DNA of 64,000 nucleotides from Piromyces finnis finn. Its lineage: Eukaryota; Fungi; Neocallimastigomycota. The stretch spans positions 186,001-250,000 of the forward strand of contig MCFH01000034.1 in assembly GCA_002104945.1 (NCBI GenBank). Direction: 5' to 3'. Shown one piece after another: positions 13,598 through 27,220 of this stretch (the stretch's first letter is position 1; each line of letters starts with the position of its first letter). The position numbers and the translations under genes are program-made. The notes under the pieces are model-generated. The model ran no database searches. It saw only the letters and a program-made list of their open reading frames with translations, and was not told the origin of the DNA.

Positions 13598-16220
13598 TTA
13601 ATATTTAAGATCCCAAATTCTAATACAAGCATCTTGACCAACAGAAGCAATAGTATTATTATCTAAGAAAATAGCACCTGTAGAATTTTCTTGGTGAGCA
13701 TTCTTGATTTGAATTTTTTTCATAGGTTTTTCAGTACTCCAAACGATAACACCAGTATCTAATGAGGTACTTACAGCATGAAGTCCATCTTCAGACCAAT
13801 TAATAGAGTTAACTCTAGCATTATGGAATACCCATTGGTTGTATTTTAATGAACGTTCTTTTACATCAAAAACGTAAATTGTACGGTTTGTATCAGCGAC
13901 AGCAATAAGATCACCATTTGGACTATATTTAATAGCTGTTACTGCTCCACGATTTTGTTCTAAGGTGTCTTTAGCAGTTAAGTTTGTACCATCAAAACTA
14001 TAGAAGTAAACCTTGTTATCAGCAGCTCCTACAGCAACTTCACTATTATCTGGTGAAATATCGACAGTGTTAGCTTCGTAGCTAATGCTTAATTTTGAGG
14101 CAATAGATTTATTTTTAATGACAACAATTTCATTTGAAGTAGCAACAATTAAATCATTACTTTTATTAGAAACAATAGTCTTTGGTAATCCTTCAAAATT
14201 AATACTGCTACCAGTGAAAGCATTGGTACTAATATCAATAGATTTATTGGAATTATCCATACTAATAGATTCAATAGTACTATCAGTACAAGTCATAGAT
14301 TGAATTTGATTTGTATGACCAGCACCTTCAATATAAGAAGGTTCTCCAACAGAAGCATCATCCCACTTACAAATTCTACCATCATAACTACCAGTGTAAA
14401 AGGTTTCACTTTTTCCAGATTTACAAATGGAGGTAATACCCTTAACGTGTCCCTTTAAAACCTTTGAAATACTACCAGTATTCTTATCAAGGTAGTTAAT
14501 ATTACCACCAAGTGAAACACTAAGTAACCAATCATTTTGCCAGAGATTACCAAGTTGTTGATCATTAATGTTTTTACCAATATTGAAAGTGGTTTTAACA
14601 CTTTGACTTTCAACATCCCATAATTTAACAGTGCAATCACCAGATGAAGTTAAAATTTGAGTACTATCTGGACTCCAATTTAATGAATATATACCACCCT
14701 TGTGATTATCAGAACAAGTACTTAATTCACATTTAACATCACCAGTATTACCATCAAAAACAAAAATCTTACCATCGGAACCTGCTGAAGCAAAAAGGTC
14801 TCCATTTGGTGAGTAACTGACATCTTGAACAAAACCAGTGTGTAAGTTATTATGAGATCTATTGAATTTGTATGGAACACCATTATAGAAATTAATAGTC
14901 ATATCATCAGAACAAGTGACAGCTCTAAATGGACGCTTTGAACGAATTGCACAAGCATTTATAACTTTACTATGACCAGTAATATTACCAACAGAAGAAC
15001 CTGTATCAAAGAGGAAGGCATGGCCAAATCTTTTAAATTATTAATTTTAAAAAAAATATTTTATATTTTATAATAATTTTATATATTATTTAATTATTTT
15101 TTATACATAATATTATTAGATATATATTGAATATTAAATAAAATTTAGTTAATATTTATATATAATAAACATTATTATATTTTATTTCTTTTTAACTATT
15201 ATACTAACTTTTCTTTACCGTCACCAACAACAATAATTCTCTTACTTTCAGAATCCCATTGAATATCACTTATCTTATCAGAAAGTGGTCTGTATTCAGA
15301 TTTTAAAATATGTTCTTCTTGGGTAGTATCCCAGATTCTAATATTACCATTAGCATCTTTACATTTAGAATTGTTTAAATTTAATATTCATTTCTTTATA
15401 TTTTAAATTAGAATTATTTAAACAAAAATAATTTATAAATACCTCCAGAACAAATATAGAATCCACTTGGAGAGTAACGAGCAACTGTAACTTGACTACT
15501 ATGTTCTGTGTATGCTGAAGCTAATTCTGGGTGCTTTTTAAATAATTATTATATTTTTTTAAAAAATTATATATATCAATATATTTATTATAGTATTATA
15601 ATTAAAATTTATTTATAGGAATTCATTTTGATATATATATATAATATATAAAAGATTTATGTTTATATAATATTAATTTGTATATGATTAATATTTTTAA
15701 CTTACTTCAATATCTCTTATAATAACAGTTCTACCATTAGTATATAAAAAATTTTTTCCTTTTGGATCTGCTCCGAGTTTAACTGAATGACCTCTAGTAG
15801 TTTGTGGAGCACAAGCAAAAAGATGTTCTATTTATTAATATTATATATTCAAATATTTATAAAAATAAATTTATATTATAAATAAATAATATGTTTGTTG
15901 TTTAAATATCGATCTTTTAATTCTTTTTATTATTTATTTTTATTGTTTTTTTTTCGTTTTATTGTTTTTTTTTTTTTTTTTTTTAACTATTTATTTAGTT
16001 TTTTTTAACAAGTTTAATATGATAAAAAAAAACAATACTACTTATAGTTCATATTTTTTTTTATAATAATATTATTTAAACTGTTTATATCATTTTATTA
16101 TCATATAACAATTCTTTCTAATATTATAACTTTTATTTATTTTTTTATTTATTATTATTTTTTTTATTAATTACTATTATTTAAAATAAAATATTTACTC
16201 TTTGAATAGGTATAAGACAT
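13598..16220 (-). CDS. AIP1: Actin-interacting protein 1 (WDR1), double WD40 propeller
   Basis: ORF 13598..14902 has WD repeats and [13 protein letters not shown]. Upstream exons give [46 protein letters not shown] and [28 protein letters not shown]. Confidence 0.93.
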
Positions 16221-16729
16221 TTTTTCTAATTAAAATTATAAATTTATTCTTTAGTTTACTGCTATTATTTTTAATTTATATTATAGCAATTATGAATAAC
16301 TAAAAATAAAAATAAAAAAAAAAAAAAAGAAAAAAGAAGAAAAATATTTGAATTTTTACCTCTTTATTAAATTTAAAATATATACAATTATAATTAAAGA
16401 AATTATTATTAATTAGAGTTTTATGGATAATACAAATTTAATTTATATTATTATTAATAATAATTTATATAATTTAAATTATTAAATTAAAAAGTAAATA
16501 GAATTAAGATTTTAAAATATAAATATATATAGAATAATATTTTTAATTATTGATGGTACTTTTTACCAAATTATAAAATGTCTGATTATATTTATTGTAT
16601 CATTTTGAAAACAAAAATCCTTTTTTTTTTTAATAATACATCCAATAAGAGTAAACTTTCTATATTTTATTCCATATATATAATAACAACAAATGCTATA
16701 TTTAAAATAATATCTAGGAATAAATTGAA

Positions 16730-16763
<34 letters not shown>

Positions 16764-17078
16764 TATTTTGAGTAATATATAATATATATAGAATAATAGA
16801 ATAAAAAAATATCTTTAATTTTTTAATATTATATGTTTATATATATCACTACTTATAATAATAATGGTGATATTATCAATCCTAGAAAAAACATATTTTA
16901 AAAATCTAATAATATTTCTAAAGTAAAGTTAAATATAACAAAGAGTTTTTTTTTGATTTATTTATTTAAACATTTTAAACATTTAAAATATATTTGATAA
17001 ATTAAGCATTAAAAAAGGAACAATAAAAATCGTAAATAATTAAAGTATATTGAAATTATATCTAGGTTTTAAAGGCTT

Positions 17079-17110
<32 letters not shown>

Positions 17111-17711
17111 TCTACTTCTTTTTTAAATTTATAAGAAATTTGAAATTAATTAAAAAACCACATTTTTTTTTATTTAATATTTAATAAAATAACATTTAAA
17201 GTTTTAATCAATATTAATTAAAATTTCAATTCAATGTGATTGAAATTATTTAATTATGGGTTATAATGTTATAAAGTTAAATATATTCTTCATTTTTTAA
17301 CATTTTACAATTAATTATAAAATCATTTTCTTTTTTGGAAATTTGGTTTTTGTTAAAAAATCGATGAAAATATTACTGTAAAATTTATAATAATCATTAT
17401 TATTATTATATTTTATTATATATATAATTTTATATCATATTATTTCAATATTTTATTATATATATATAAACTTGAATTTTTTTTAAAAAAAAAAAAGTTG
17501 TATATAAAAGCAATCTCATTAACAATATAACATTAATAAATTTAAAAAGCATTTCTTAATTATATATATAAAATTAAATAATTTATCTATGTATTTTCAA
17601 ATATTTTTATAAAAAAAATAAGAAAAAATAAAATTATTACTTTTTGTAAATATAATTAATAACCTTTTATTTATTTTTAAATGAAGAATTAAATAAATTT
17701 AAAATATAAAA

Positions 17712-20700
17712 ATGAATTTTTGGTCTTCAGATGTTCAGAAACGATTATGTTCATATTTATTAAATAAGACAATTGGTCCTTTCTTAAAATCCAATTTGGA
17801 TTTGATGAGTGTTCAATTATTTAATCGTAATGGAAAATTTTATTTACCAGAATTACAATTAAATGTGGAGGTTTGGAATTATTAATTGTTATTTAAATAT
17901 TTATAATAGATGTTATATAATCTTATATTTATTAAAAATATTTTAAATGAAATTTTAAAGAAAATAAATGAAATATTGAAAGATTTACCCATTTATCTTA
18001 TTGAAGCAAATGTTGGGGAAATTAATGCTGAAATTCCGTGGTGGGATTTAAAAAATTCTAACGTTTCAATTCAGTTGAAAGATATTTATTTAAACCTATT
18101 AATAAAAGAACAACAATTAGGTATTATTTTAATATAATTACTATTAACATAATGGATTTTTATATTTAAATATAAAAGAATTATAATAATATTTTTTATA
18201 TTGAATATAAAATATAATAGATGATGAACTTTTTTATGATGTTGCAGAAAATTTTATGAATTCTTCGTCAATTAATATCGCAAATGAATTTTTGAATGAA
18301 GAATTACAGAAAAATATAATAGAGGATAATAATAATAGTAATGAAGTATCTGAAGGGTCTGAATCAAAAGTTCAATTCTTTAGTTCTATTATTGATAAAA
18401 TTATAGCAAAATTAGAAATTATATTATTAAATATAAAAGTTAATATTATTTTTAATGTTGAGAAAAATAAAGATACTGAATTTAATAATGAAAATGACGA
18501 AAAATTTCAAAAATGTGGATTTGATATTTGTATACCGCGAATTAAATTAGTTGAAGGATTAGTTACTAGTGATACTAAAGATAAATTAATAACAAATATT
18601 ATGAAGGATATAATATTCAACGAATTTTCAATACATTTGAATTATTACAAAAATAGTACTGAAAAAAGTAAAAATAATTTGAATTCTAATAAGGAAAATA
18701 TAGAAGAAAGTTTATTTTATTCCGTCTCAAGTAAGAATTATATAATAATTATTGCATTAAAATTTGCTATTGAATTATTTTAATCTTTAAAAACGAACAT
18801 TTTTTTAAAAAAAAATCACTTATTATTTTCATTATATTATTAATGTAATAATAAAAAGAAGATGAAAATGATTTATATGAATCAAAATTAGAAGAATCAA
18901 TTTTTTATGATGCAAATGATGATGATCAATTTAAAAATATTAAAAATTCAACTTTTTCATCAATAAATTCAAATCAAGATGCTGATAATTATTACGAAAA
19001 TCCTTTGAATATGACTCAATCACATATATATCAAACAACATGTCAATATGAATTTTCGGCATCAAAAATCGATCCAAATATTAAAAAAAGTTATCGAATA
19101 TTGTCTTGTTCCCGAAATTCAAAAAATGTAGTACATATAACTCATAAATCCTCAAAATCAATTATATCTAATAATAAAAAAAACTCAATAAGTATCAATA
19201 CAGACATCAATATAAATAAAATATTAGATAAAAATATGGATGATAAAAATAATATGACAATAAAAATAAAACTAAACGAATGGATTTTCAATATAGAATT
19301 AGAAAATATATGTTTAATAGTAGTACCTAAAAACTTAGAAACTATCTTTCTTTTAATAAATAGTTTGACATCATCTTTTTCATCACTTTCAGATGATAAT
19401 ATTAATAAAGAATCAAAAAGAAATTCTATTTTAACCCAAACTTCAAATTGTAACACTCCTATTCATGAAAATTCTCTTCCTGGAGGTTTTCCTTTATTTA
19501 ACCAAATTAATCAACCTAACATCAATTCAAGTTCACAAAGCATACAAATGAAAACAAATAAAAAGCCAATACAAAGAAATAATATGTTTTCATTTCAGTT
19601 TAATATAAAAAATTTTTTAATATTTATAATTAGAGATGAGAAAGAAATGATATGTTTACCACATTTTGACTATACTTCATTTATTGATGGACTATTTGAT
19701 TCTTCATTATCAGATGATGCAGTCAATCTAAATAAATTTACTGACGATTTCTTATTATTTAAATCGCCAGCAGAAATTATTGATGAATATCACTTAAAGA
19801 TTAATATAAATGATTTATCTGTACAAATTAATATTAAGAGCAGTAAATATTATAATAATAATAATAATAGTAGTAGTAGCAGCAGCAGCAATAATATAAA
19901 TTTAAATCCAAAAGATCAAAGATACACTGATGTAAATTCTCAGTTTTTAATAAAATCAATTTCATTTTCGGAATGGATTGATGGTAAGTATAATTAATTT
20001 ATAAAATTTTCATTTAAAATTCACAAAGGACTTTTCATAAGTTTTTTTTTTTTAAAAATAAAAAAATAAGGTTCATATAATGATATAATACTTACACATA
20101 CAAAAAGCCCAAATTATAATTATTATAAAAAAATAATGGATATAAATATATTAAATAATAATGAAATATTAAAGTCTAATATATTAGAAGGATTATTTCA
20201 TTCAAATAAGCTAGAAGTGGATGTTTCAAATTTATATATTAATATTAGTTATACAATTTATCAAAGAATGATATCTTTTATCTCAAGTATAAGTGAAAAA
20301 ATAGCAATGTTAATGGTACATTATTATAGTGGTTTTTTTTTTATTTATTAAAATTTACAAAATATAATAATTAACATGCATAATATTTTCAGAAAGAACA
20401 AGTTTTATATAAAACTTCTTCAAATTCTTCTTCAAATAATAGGTATTTTTTATAATATAATAAATAAATATTAATGGACTCTAAAAGAAGATAAGATTAT
20501 TAATATATTTTTTTTAGTATAAATGACTTATATAAAGATTTATTGGATCAAAATATTTCTGAAGATATAGAAAAAGAAAAATCAAAACATGATAAATTAG
20601 AATTAAATATTAAGCTTAATAATATAAAAGTAAAATTATGCTTTGATGAAATAGTGTAAATATTATAATAAGAATTTATATAATTAAATTTTAATTATAA

Positions 20701-23700
20701 TTTAAAATTAATTTCTACTACTTTATAAAATAAGTAAAATATCAAAATTTAATGGTATAATGATGGACTTAATTGTTGCTCAAATTAATATTATAAATGA
20801 TATTAAGCTTCAAACAATAAAATCAGGAATATCATTATTATCAATTGAGCCTGAAGAACGTAAAATATTATTATTAAAAGGTTTATAAATAATCATGCAT
20901 TTAATTTATTCATTTTATGTTATTATACCATATTATAATAGTCCAAATAGAACCGCTATTTTTCATTACACCATCATACGAATTTAATTTTTTATCTATA
21001 GTAGTTAATAATAATATATCAAATAATATAGATCCAAATGCATTTTTAAATGAATTTTTAGATAATCATTCTTTAAATGATTATGGAAAATTTTGGTTTA
21101 AGGAAAAATCATTAAAACAAGCTGTAAATATGAATTGATATTATATTATAATATATAATATACAATTTTATTTATATTATTAATATGATATATTTCAACA
21201 ATATATATATATATATATATATTACTATCATGACAGAAAACTCAAATACATGGAAATATCAATAAAGTATATTTGAATATCAATCCAGATATTATTAAAG
21301 GAGTAATTCACATAATTAATTATGTACTGGATTTATTTATTAATGTATCATCTAAAGATGTGGAAACCAGAAACAGTAATAATGAAATAAACTCAAGAGA
21401 GTCATCATTAGTATATGATTCATTTAATAATAGTCCTATAGAAAAAATGTTTGAATTACTTACAATAAATATTAAAATTAATGATAGTAAATATAAGATA
21501 TAATTTTAATAATTTAATTTATATATTATGAAATGAAATGATATAAGCAATATATTTTTATTCAAAAGAAAAAAAAAACTAATTATTTAATTAAAGTAAT
21601 TATATCTTTATATAGTTATGATGATATATTCTATCAAATATCATTGGGTACTTTTGAATCATTTATTGCTCTTTCAAATCTTGGTGTAATTTGTTTAAAT
21701 TATACATTTAATTAAAAAAATAAAATAAGTATATAATAATAAACAAAATTTATTTTTAATTTATATTTAAGCCATATTGTATGTATATAACATGTGAACT
21801 CTTTTCTTTTGATGAAAAATGTATAAACTCTTCGGTTTATTTTCCCATAATTCAAAACAATCCCTTTCAAAATTTAAATGTAAATATAGATGATATATAT
21901 TTAATTATCTAAATATTAGTTAAATCATTCATATTAATACTTATACTATGAAAATAATAGCATATGATAGAAGTTTCCTTATATTCATTGGCTAAGGATG
22001 ATCAAAGTACTTTAAGCGTACTTAATATAAATGTAATATTATCAGAAATACTTTTTAATATTGATATTCCGTGTTTACTTCAATTGTCAACTATAAAAGA
22101 TTATTTAAATGATCTACCTTCTGTAATTAATAATAATAATAATGATTTTTTTTAATAATATCTTTATAATTGATTTTCTAATTTCATCATTTATATATTA
22201 TCAATAATTATTTAAATTAGCTACATACAATCAATGATGATCCTTTGTCATTAAGATTTTCATTAATATTTAATAATTTATTATTGGGTTATGAAAGAAT
22301 GGAACTTTCTCCGCAATTAATTATAAAGTTTGAAAAAATAAATATAAATAATGAGAATACTTTTATCTTGGGAGATATAATATCATTAGATTTATTTTTT
22401 TCAATTGTGAAAATGAATGTACTATTAACAGATCATAGTATATTACCAGAAATTAATATGAATTCAGATATTTCATTAATTGATCATTTAATTGTATGCA
22501 AAATATATATAATATAAATATATGATATTTAAAATAAAATAGTATAATAAAACTATTGTCGAAATAATAATTTAGAATTTAGGATACTCAAATATGATAA
22601 CATGCGATGTATTAACAGCAAATATAAATATAAACCAATCTGATGTATCAAAATTGAAAGTAATAACATATTGATATATAAAATTAAATATATATATATA
22701 TTAAAATTATATTTTTATAAAAATTATATAATAGATTAATGTATCAAAAAAAAAATCAAATATATATTTTGATATGTGTCCTGACTCTTTAGCGACATTA
22801 AAACAACTATTAGAGAATACATTACAATTATTACCGGAAGGGTAAGATAAATTTTAATTTATAAAGAAAAATAACATTTTTTCATTAAATTCAAAAGTTT
22901 TATTATTATTTTTATAGAGAAAAAAAAGAATCATTGGGTTTAAAAAATATATCAATTGCTAAGGAAATAAAAATGACAATTGATGAAGATGTATATCCAA
23001 CAATTAACAATAATAATTCCAATAATAAAAACTACACTAATAATGGATATTTAAAAAAATCAAATTCATTAGTATTTGATGATAGTGACGCTTGCATTAT
23101 AGATTATGATTTCGTACAAAATACCCCTAACTTAATTTCATCTAAAAATAATACCGTATTTAAATCAAAAGATAAAGTGGTTACATATGTAAATGATTTT
23201 AAAATAGATACTAACTATTTAGAAAAACTATTAAATGAGAAAAAAGAAAAAAAGAAAAAATCAAAGTATAAAATATATATTATTACATTTATAAAATAAT
23301 AATTAGTAATAATTATATTTTTCTGCTTTTTATTCATTTATCTATAATTAATAATTAATACTTATTTGTTTGCTTTTTCTTAGATTCCCTGACCCAGTTA
23401 TTAAAATAAATATAAATAATATAAATTTTCATATAAGAATTTTTGATGGATATGATTGGAAATCCACTTGTCAAGAAGTTCAGTCATTAGATGAATTTAA
23501 AGATATGGTTTCTATGGAATACTTAAGAAGATCTAAAAAGAGTATCATTGATATTGATTTTAATGGAATTTACTTCGAATATTCAATATATCCTAATAAT
23601 TCATATTATGCCAATAAGCTATATCTATTAATTAATGAATTTGAAGTAATTGATAAAGTCCCAACCTCAGGTTGGAATAAATTTTTATCTGCTCAAACTC

Positions 23701-25384
23701 CAGTTGAGCATCCTATGCTCAAACTTAAACTTTTAAATGTTAGACCTATTTTATCAGAACCTAGTTTAGAATCTATAGTTAATGTAAATATAATGTAAAA
23801 GTTTAATGTTTTTTTTTTTTTTTTATGACTAATATATATTGAATATTTATTTTATGATGTTTTAATATATAAAATAGTTGGAAGTCTCTCCGTTGCGATT
23901 TTATATTGATCAAGATACTTTATTGAAATTTGCAGAAATATTAAGTTTTTGTAATATAGATACTGAAAGTGAAAATAGAACGCCAACAGCTTCTATTAAT
24001 GAAGAAATAACAAAAAAAAATAATTCCACTCAAATTTATTTAAGTAATATTATTCTATCAAAGCAAATATATAATAAAATAATAAATAAATATAGCCAAA
24101 TTCAGATTTTAATAAATATATATTTACTTTTTATAAAATATAAATACATATAGGAAAGGTTAATATATCAGAAATACGAATTATAATAGACTATAAGCCA
24201 AAACAATTTAGCTTTAATAGTTTAAAAGACGGTCAGTATGGTCAAATATTAAACATTTTACCAATAAAGGATGCTACTCTTAATTTCAAGTCCCTAAAGT
24301 TTTATGGATTATCGGGAATAGATAAATTAGTTCAAAATATTATTGAGAAATATCTTCCTCAAGCAATTAACCAAGTACCGTCAATTGTACTATATATTGG
24401 TCCTATTCGTCCATTCTTTAAAATTAGCGAAAAGATGGTTGATTTAATTAAAAATGTATATAATAATTATCAAAATGAACAACCTATGATACCAGGTAGA
24501 TATAATGTTTAAAAATTTATGCATAATTAGATAGTAACTATAATACTATAATAATAACTAATATTTATTATTATTAATTTATATTATTTATTAGCAATTG
24601 AAGAAGGAGCTAGACAGATTTTAACTACAACAACAACAGAAACTTTAAAATTAATTTCAAGACTTTCTCAAAAAGCCCAAATTTTGTTTGAAAATATCGA
24701 AACGGAGTTATCAACAAATAAAAAACCAGGTGATAATTCTCAAAGTAAGTAATTATAAATAATAATTATAATTAATTTTGTAATAATTAAAATATTTATT
24801 TATTAATTAAAAGATATAGTAACGAATCAACCTCCAATAAATTACCAATATGGAATTAGATATATGGATTCAGGATCTGTAAATATATTTTTATATGTTA
24901 CATTTTAATTTTCTTTTATTTATATTGATAATTTAAACTAAAAATTATTTTATAATAAATAAATAGGGTTCTGTTAAGGATGCCGTTAAAGCTGGTACCA
25001 TTTTTAACCACTTAAATGTTTTTCATATCTATGTTTTCATTATATTATTATTTTTATTATTAAATATAATATATATTAATAAAATCACTTGCTATTTTAT
25101 AATTATATAATAGTTCCTGTAATTATATGTCGACCAATTATAAAATTAACAAAAGTTGTATCTAAAACTACTAATGATGTATCAAATGCACTTGATCCAA
25201 GAAATAAGTTAGAATATCAAAAGGTATTTTTTTAATGAATAATAAAATTATAATATATTTTTTTTTCTATAATAAAAATATATTCTAATATTATTAATAT
25301 TCTAATAATTTTATAATATAACACAATTACATTTCAATTTCAATCAATAAAAACAAAATAAAAATAAAAAAGAAATATAAATAA
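17712..25384 (+). CDS. ATG2: Autophagy lipid-transfer protein ATG2, many exons
   Basis: N-terminal Chorein-like MNFWSSDVQKRLCSYLLNKTIGPFL...EIPWWDL; internal RIFDGYDW; C-terminal IDYKPK; ATG_C VPVIICRPIIKLTKVVSKTTNDVSNALDP. Predicted last exon AAATATAAATAA (KYK*) at 25373-25384. Internal exons were not all verified. Confidence 0.88.
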
Positions 25385-25593
25385 ATGTAAATAATATTAA
25401 AATTAATATTACACTATAATAAAGTAGTAAAAAAAATAATAATCTATAAAATATTTTTCTGTTCATTGATTTAATTGATTTTAAATAATTAAATATTACC
25501 TAATTTAAGTATTATAAAATGTTATTCTTAAAGAACAAAATTCAACTTTTAAAATTTATTGTTTTTGCATGTAATTTTAAATTTAAATAAATT

Positions 25594-26138
25594 TTTTTTT
25601 TTTAACTTCCGAGTGCATTTCTCCCATCGATCAGAGTTAGCTCCAATGGTGGTTCTTAGAGAAACGTTGGCTCATTCCTATTGCTAGGTGGTTGTGACCC
25701 TCCTGGTCTGTCATACTGTTTCTTCAGCTTCGACGCTCACTTAATCCATGTACATTAGATGCATGTCGTTGTACGATATTTCACAACTACAATGCTAAGC
25801 CTCTTATAGTCAATTTGATCACGTGTCAACCGCCCCCTAATGTTTACACTTAAATTGATTAAGGAATATTATGTGTTTTTGGCATAGCCTAAGTCACCAC
25901 TTATTAAGTTCTAATTTGGAATGTACCATGTACACTAGACCCTCTCAGGCCGGCTAGACGAGTGTTATTATCATAGTAGTAAATTAGAAAGTTCATTTAT
26001 ACTTACCTGAATATCATAACCCAACCCATGGCAAACCCAGTGGGAAAATCCACAGGCACTGACATCTGCGGGGTCGAACCAGAAGCCTTATGTATGCTAA
26101 GGAAACGCCTTAACAACCAGGATAAAAACTGGAACGAC
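25594..26138 (-). mobile_element. GC-rich non-coding element: candidate tRNA-Ala-derived SINE (alternative: tRNA-led Pol III structured ncRNA)
   Basis: About 45-50% GC at the ends against roughly 10% in the flanks, with no ORF. The minus-strand head is colinear with tRNA-Ala(AGC): TTAGCAT loop at 26100-26094 and B-box GGTTCGACCCC at 26080-26070. The 3' end has an A-tail (T-run 25592-25603). The direct repeat TTTAAATAAATT sits at 25582-25593 and 26139-26150. Confidence 0.55.
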
Positions 26139-27220
26139 TTTAAATAAATTAAATAAATTAAAATTAATTAAATAACAACAATGTAAATAATAAATAAATT
26201 TATTAATATCACGTGTTAATGGATAATATTATTAAAGAAATTAATGCTAATAAAAGCTAAACAAAAACAAATAATAGTAAAAACAATATAAAGAAAAATA
26301 AATTTGTGTGTGTAGAGGTAAAAATAAAAATAATTTAAATATGTTTTCTTTTCCTTTGATATATCCTGTAATTCTCAGCGATTATTAATAATATAACATA
26401 TGTAATAGCTATTTAATAAAAAATATCGGAATATAATTTAAATTTAAAATATTTTAAATATGTATTATTGATGATTATAATAAATTTCAAAAAATATTTA
26501 TATAATATGGATTACATTATAAATAAATAAAAAGAAATATTCTTCTTTTTATTATTCATCATAAAACTCTAATTTAAACATAAGAAAAAAATAATTAAAT
26601 ATATAATTTATACTAACAGTTTTTCTTTTATATTTTTTATAAAAATAACAATTTTATATATAAATATATAAATATATAATATTAATATATAAATTTCCAA
26701 CTTTAACATACTAAAATTTATTCAAAATTTACAAAAATATATTGATATAAATATTCAATGGAAAAAAAATTATAAAATTTTGATTAAATTAAAATCATTC
26801 ACAAATATTATTTGGACATGGAAACCACAAATGATATATTTCTTGAATAAATTAATTATTCTTCTCAATAATAAACAAAATTTCTGTCATTTAATTTCAA
26901 AAATAAAATAAAATAAACATTTTTACTAACGGTTTTATTTCTATTATTGGAATATATTTCTCTAAAAATCTCTAAATTTATTTTCTATTAATTAAATTTA
27001 ATGAAATTTATTTTGAAAAATAAACCATAAAAACAACAATGAATAAAATATTTTAACTAATGAAATTATTCTTTTTTATATAATTAAAACAAAATAGTAA
27101 TTAATTCAATATATATAAAGAAAATAATAATAATAATAATAAAATAAGAAACAGACAATAAAACAATAATTTAAATAAAATACCCCACCTCATAAAAGAA
27201 ATAAGACAATAAAAAACAAA

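Noticed and set aside
25939-25956. Minus-strand TAGCCGGCCTGAGAGGGT resembles a bacterial 16S rRNA segment
   Set aside because: The similarity stops at about 18 nt; neither flank follows 16S.
25930-25960. TPP riboswitch (CUGAGA) or hammerhead core (CUGAAGA near 25725) in the island
   Set aside because: The remaining conserved cores and stems are missing.
25829-26030. Telomerase RNA template (CCCCCTAA at about 25833; TAACCCAACCC at about 26017)
   Set aside because: Neither gives a 1.5-repeat TTAGGG template. Both are on the strand opposite the tRNA-like head and A-tail, and no convincing pseudoknot or P6.1 was found. It remains a low-probability option for a covariance-model search.
26059-26131. 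Functional tRNA-Ala(AGC)
   Set aside because: The acceptor and anticodon stems cannot pair; only the spacing, the loop and the B-box remain.
25999-26140. U1 snRNA, suggested by plus-strand ATACTTACCTG
   Set aside because: No SL1 GAUCANGAAG loop, no SL2 AUUGCAC loop and no Sm site downstream. It is better explained as the reverse complement of a 5' splice site.
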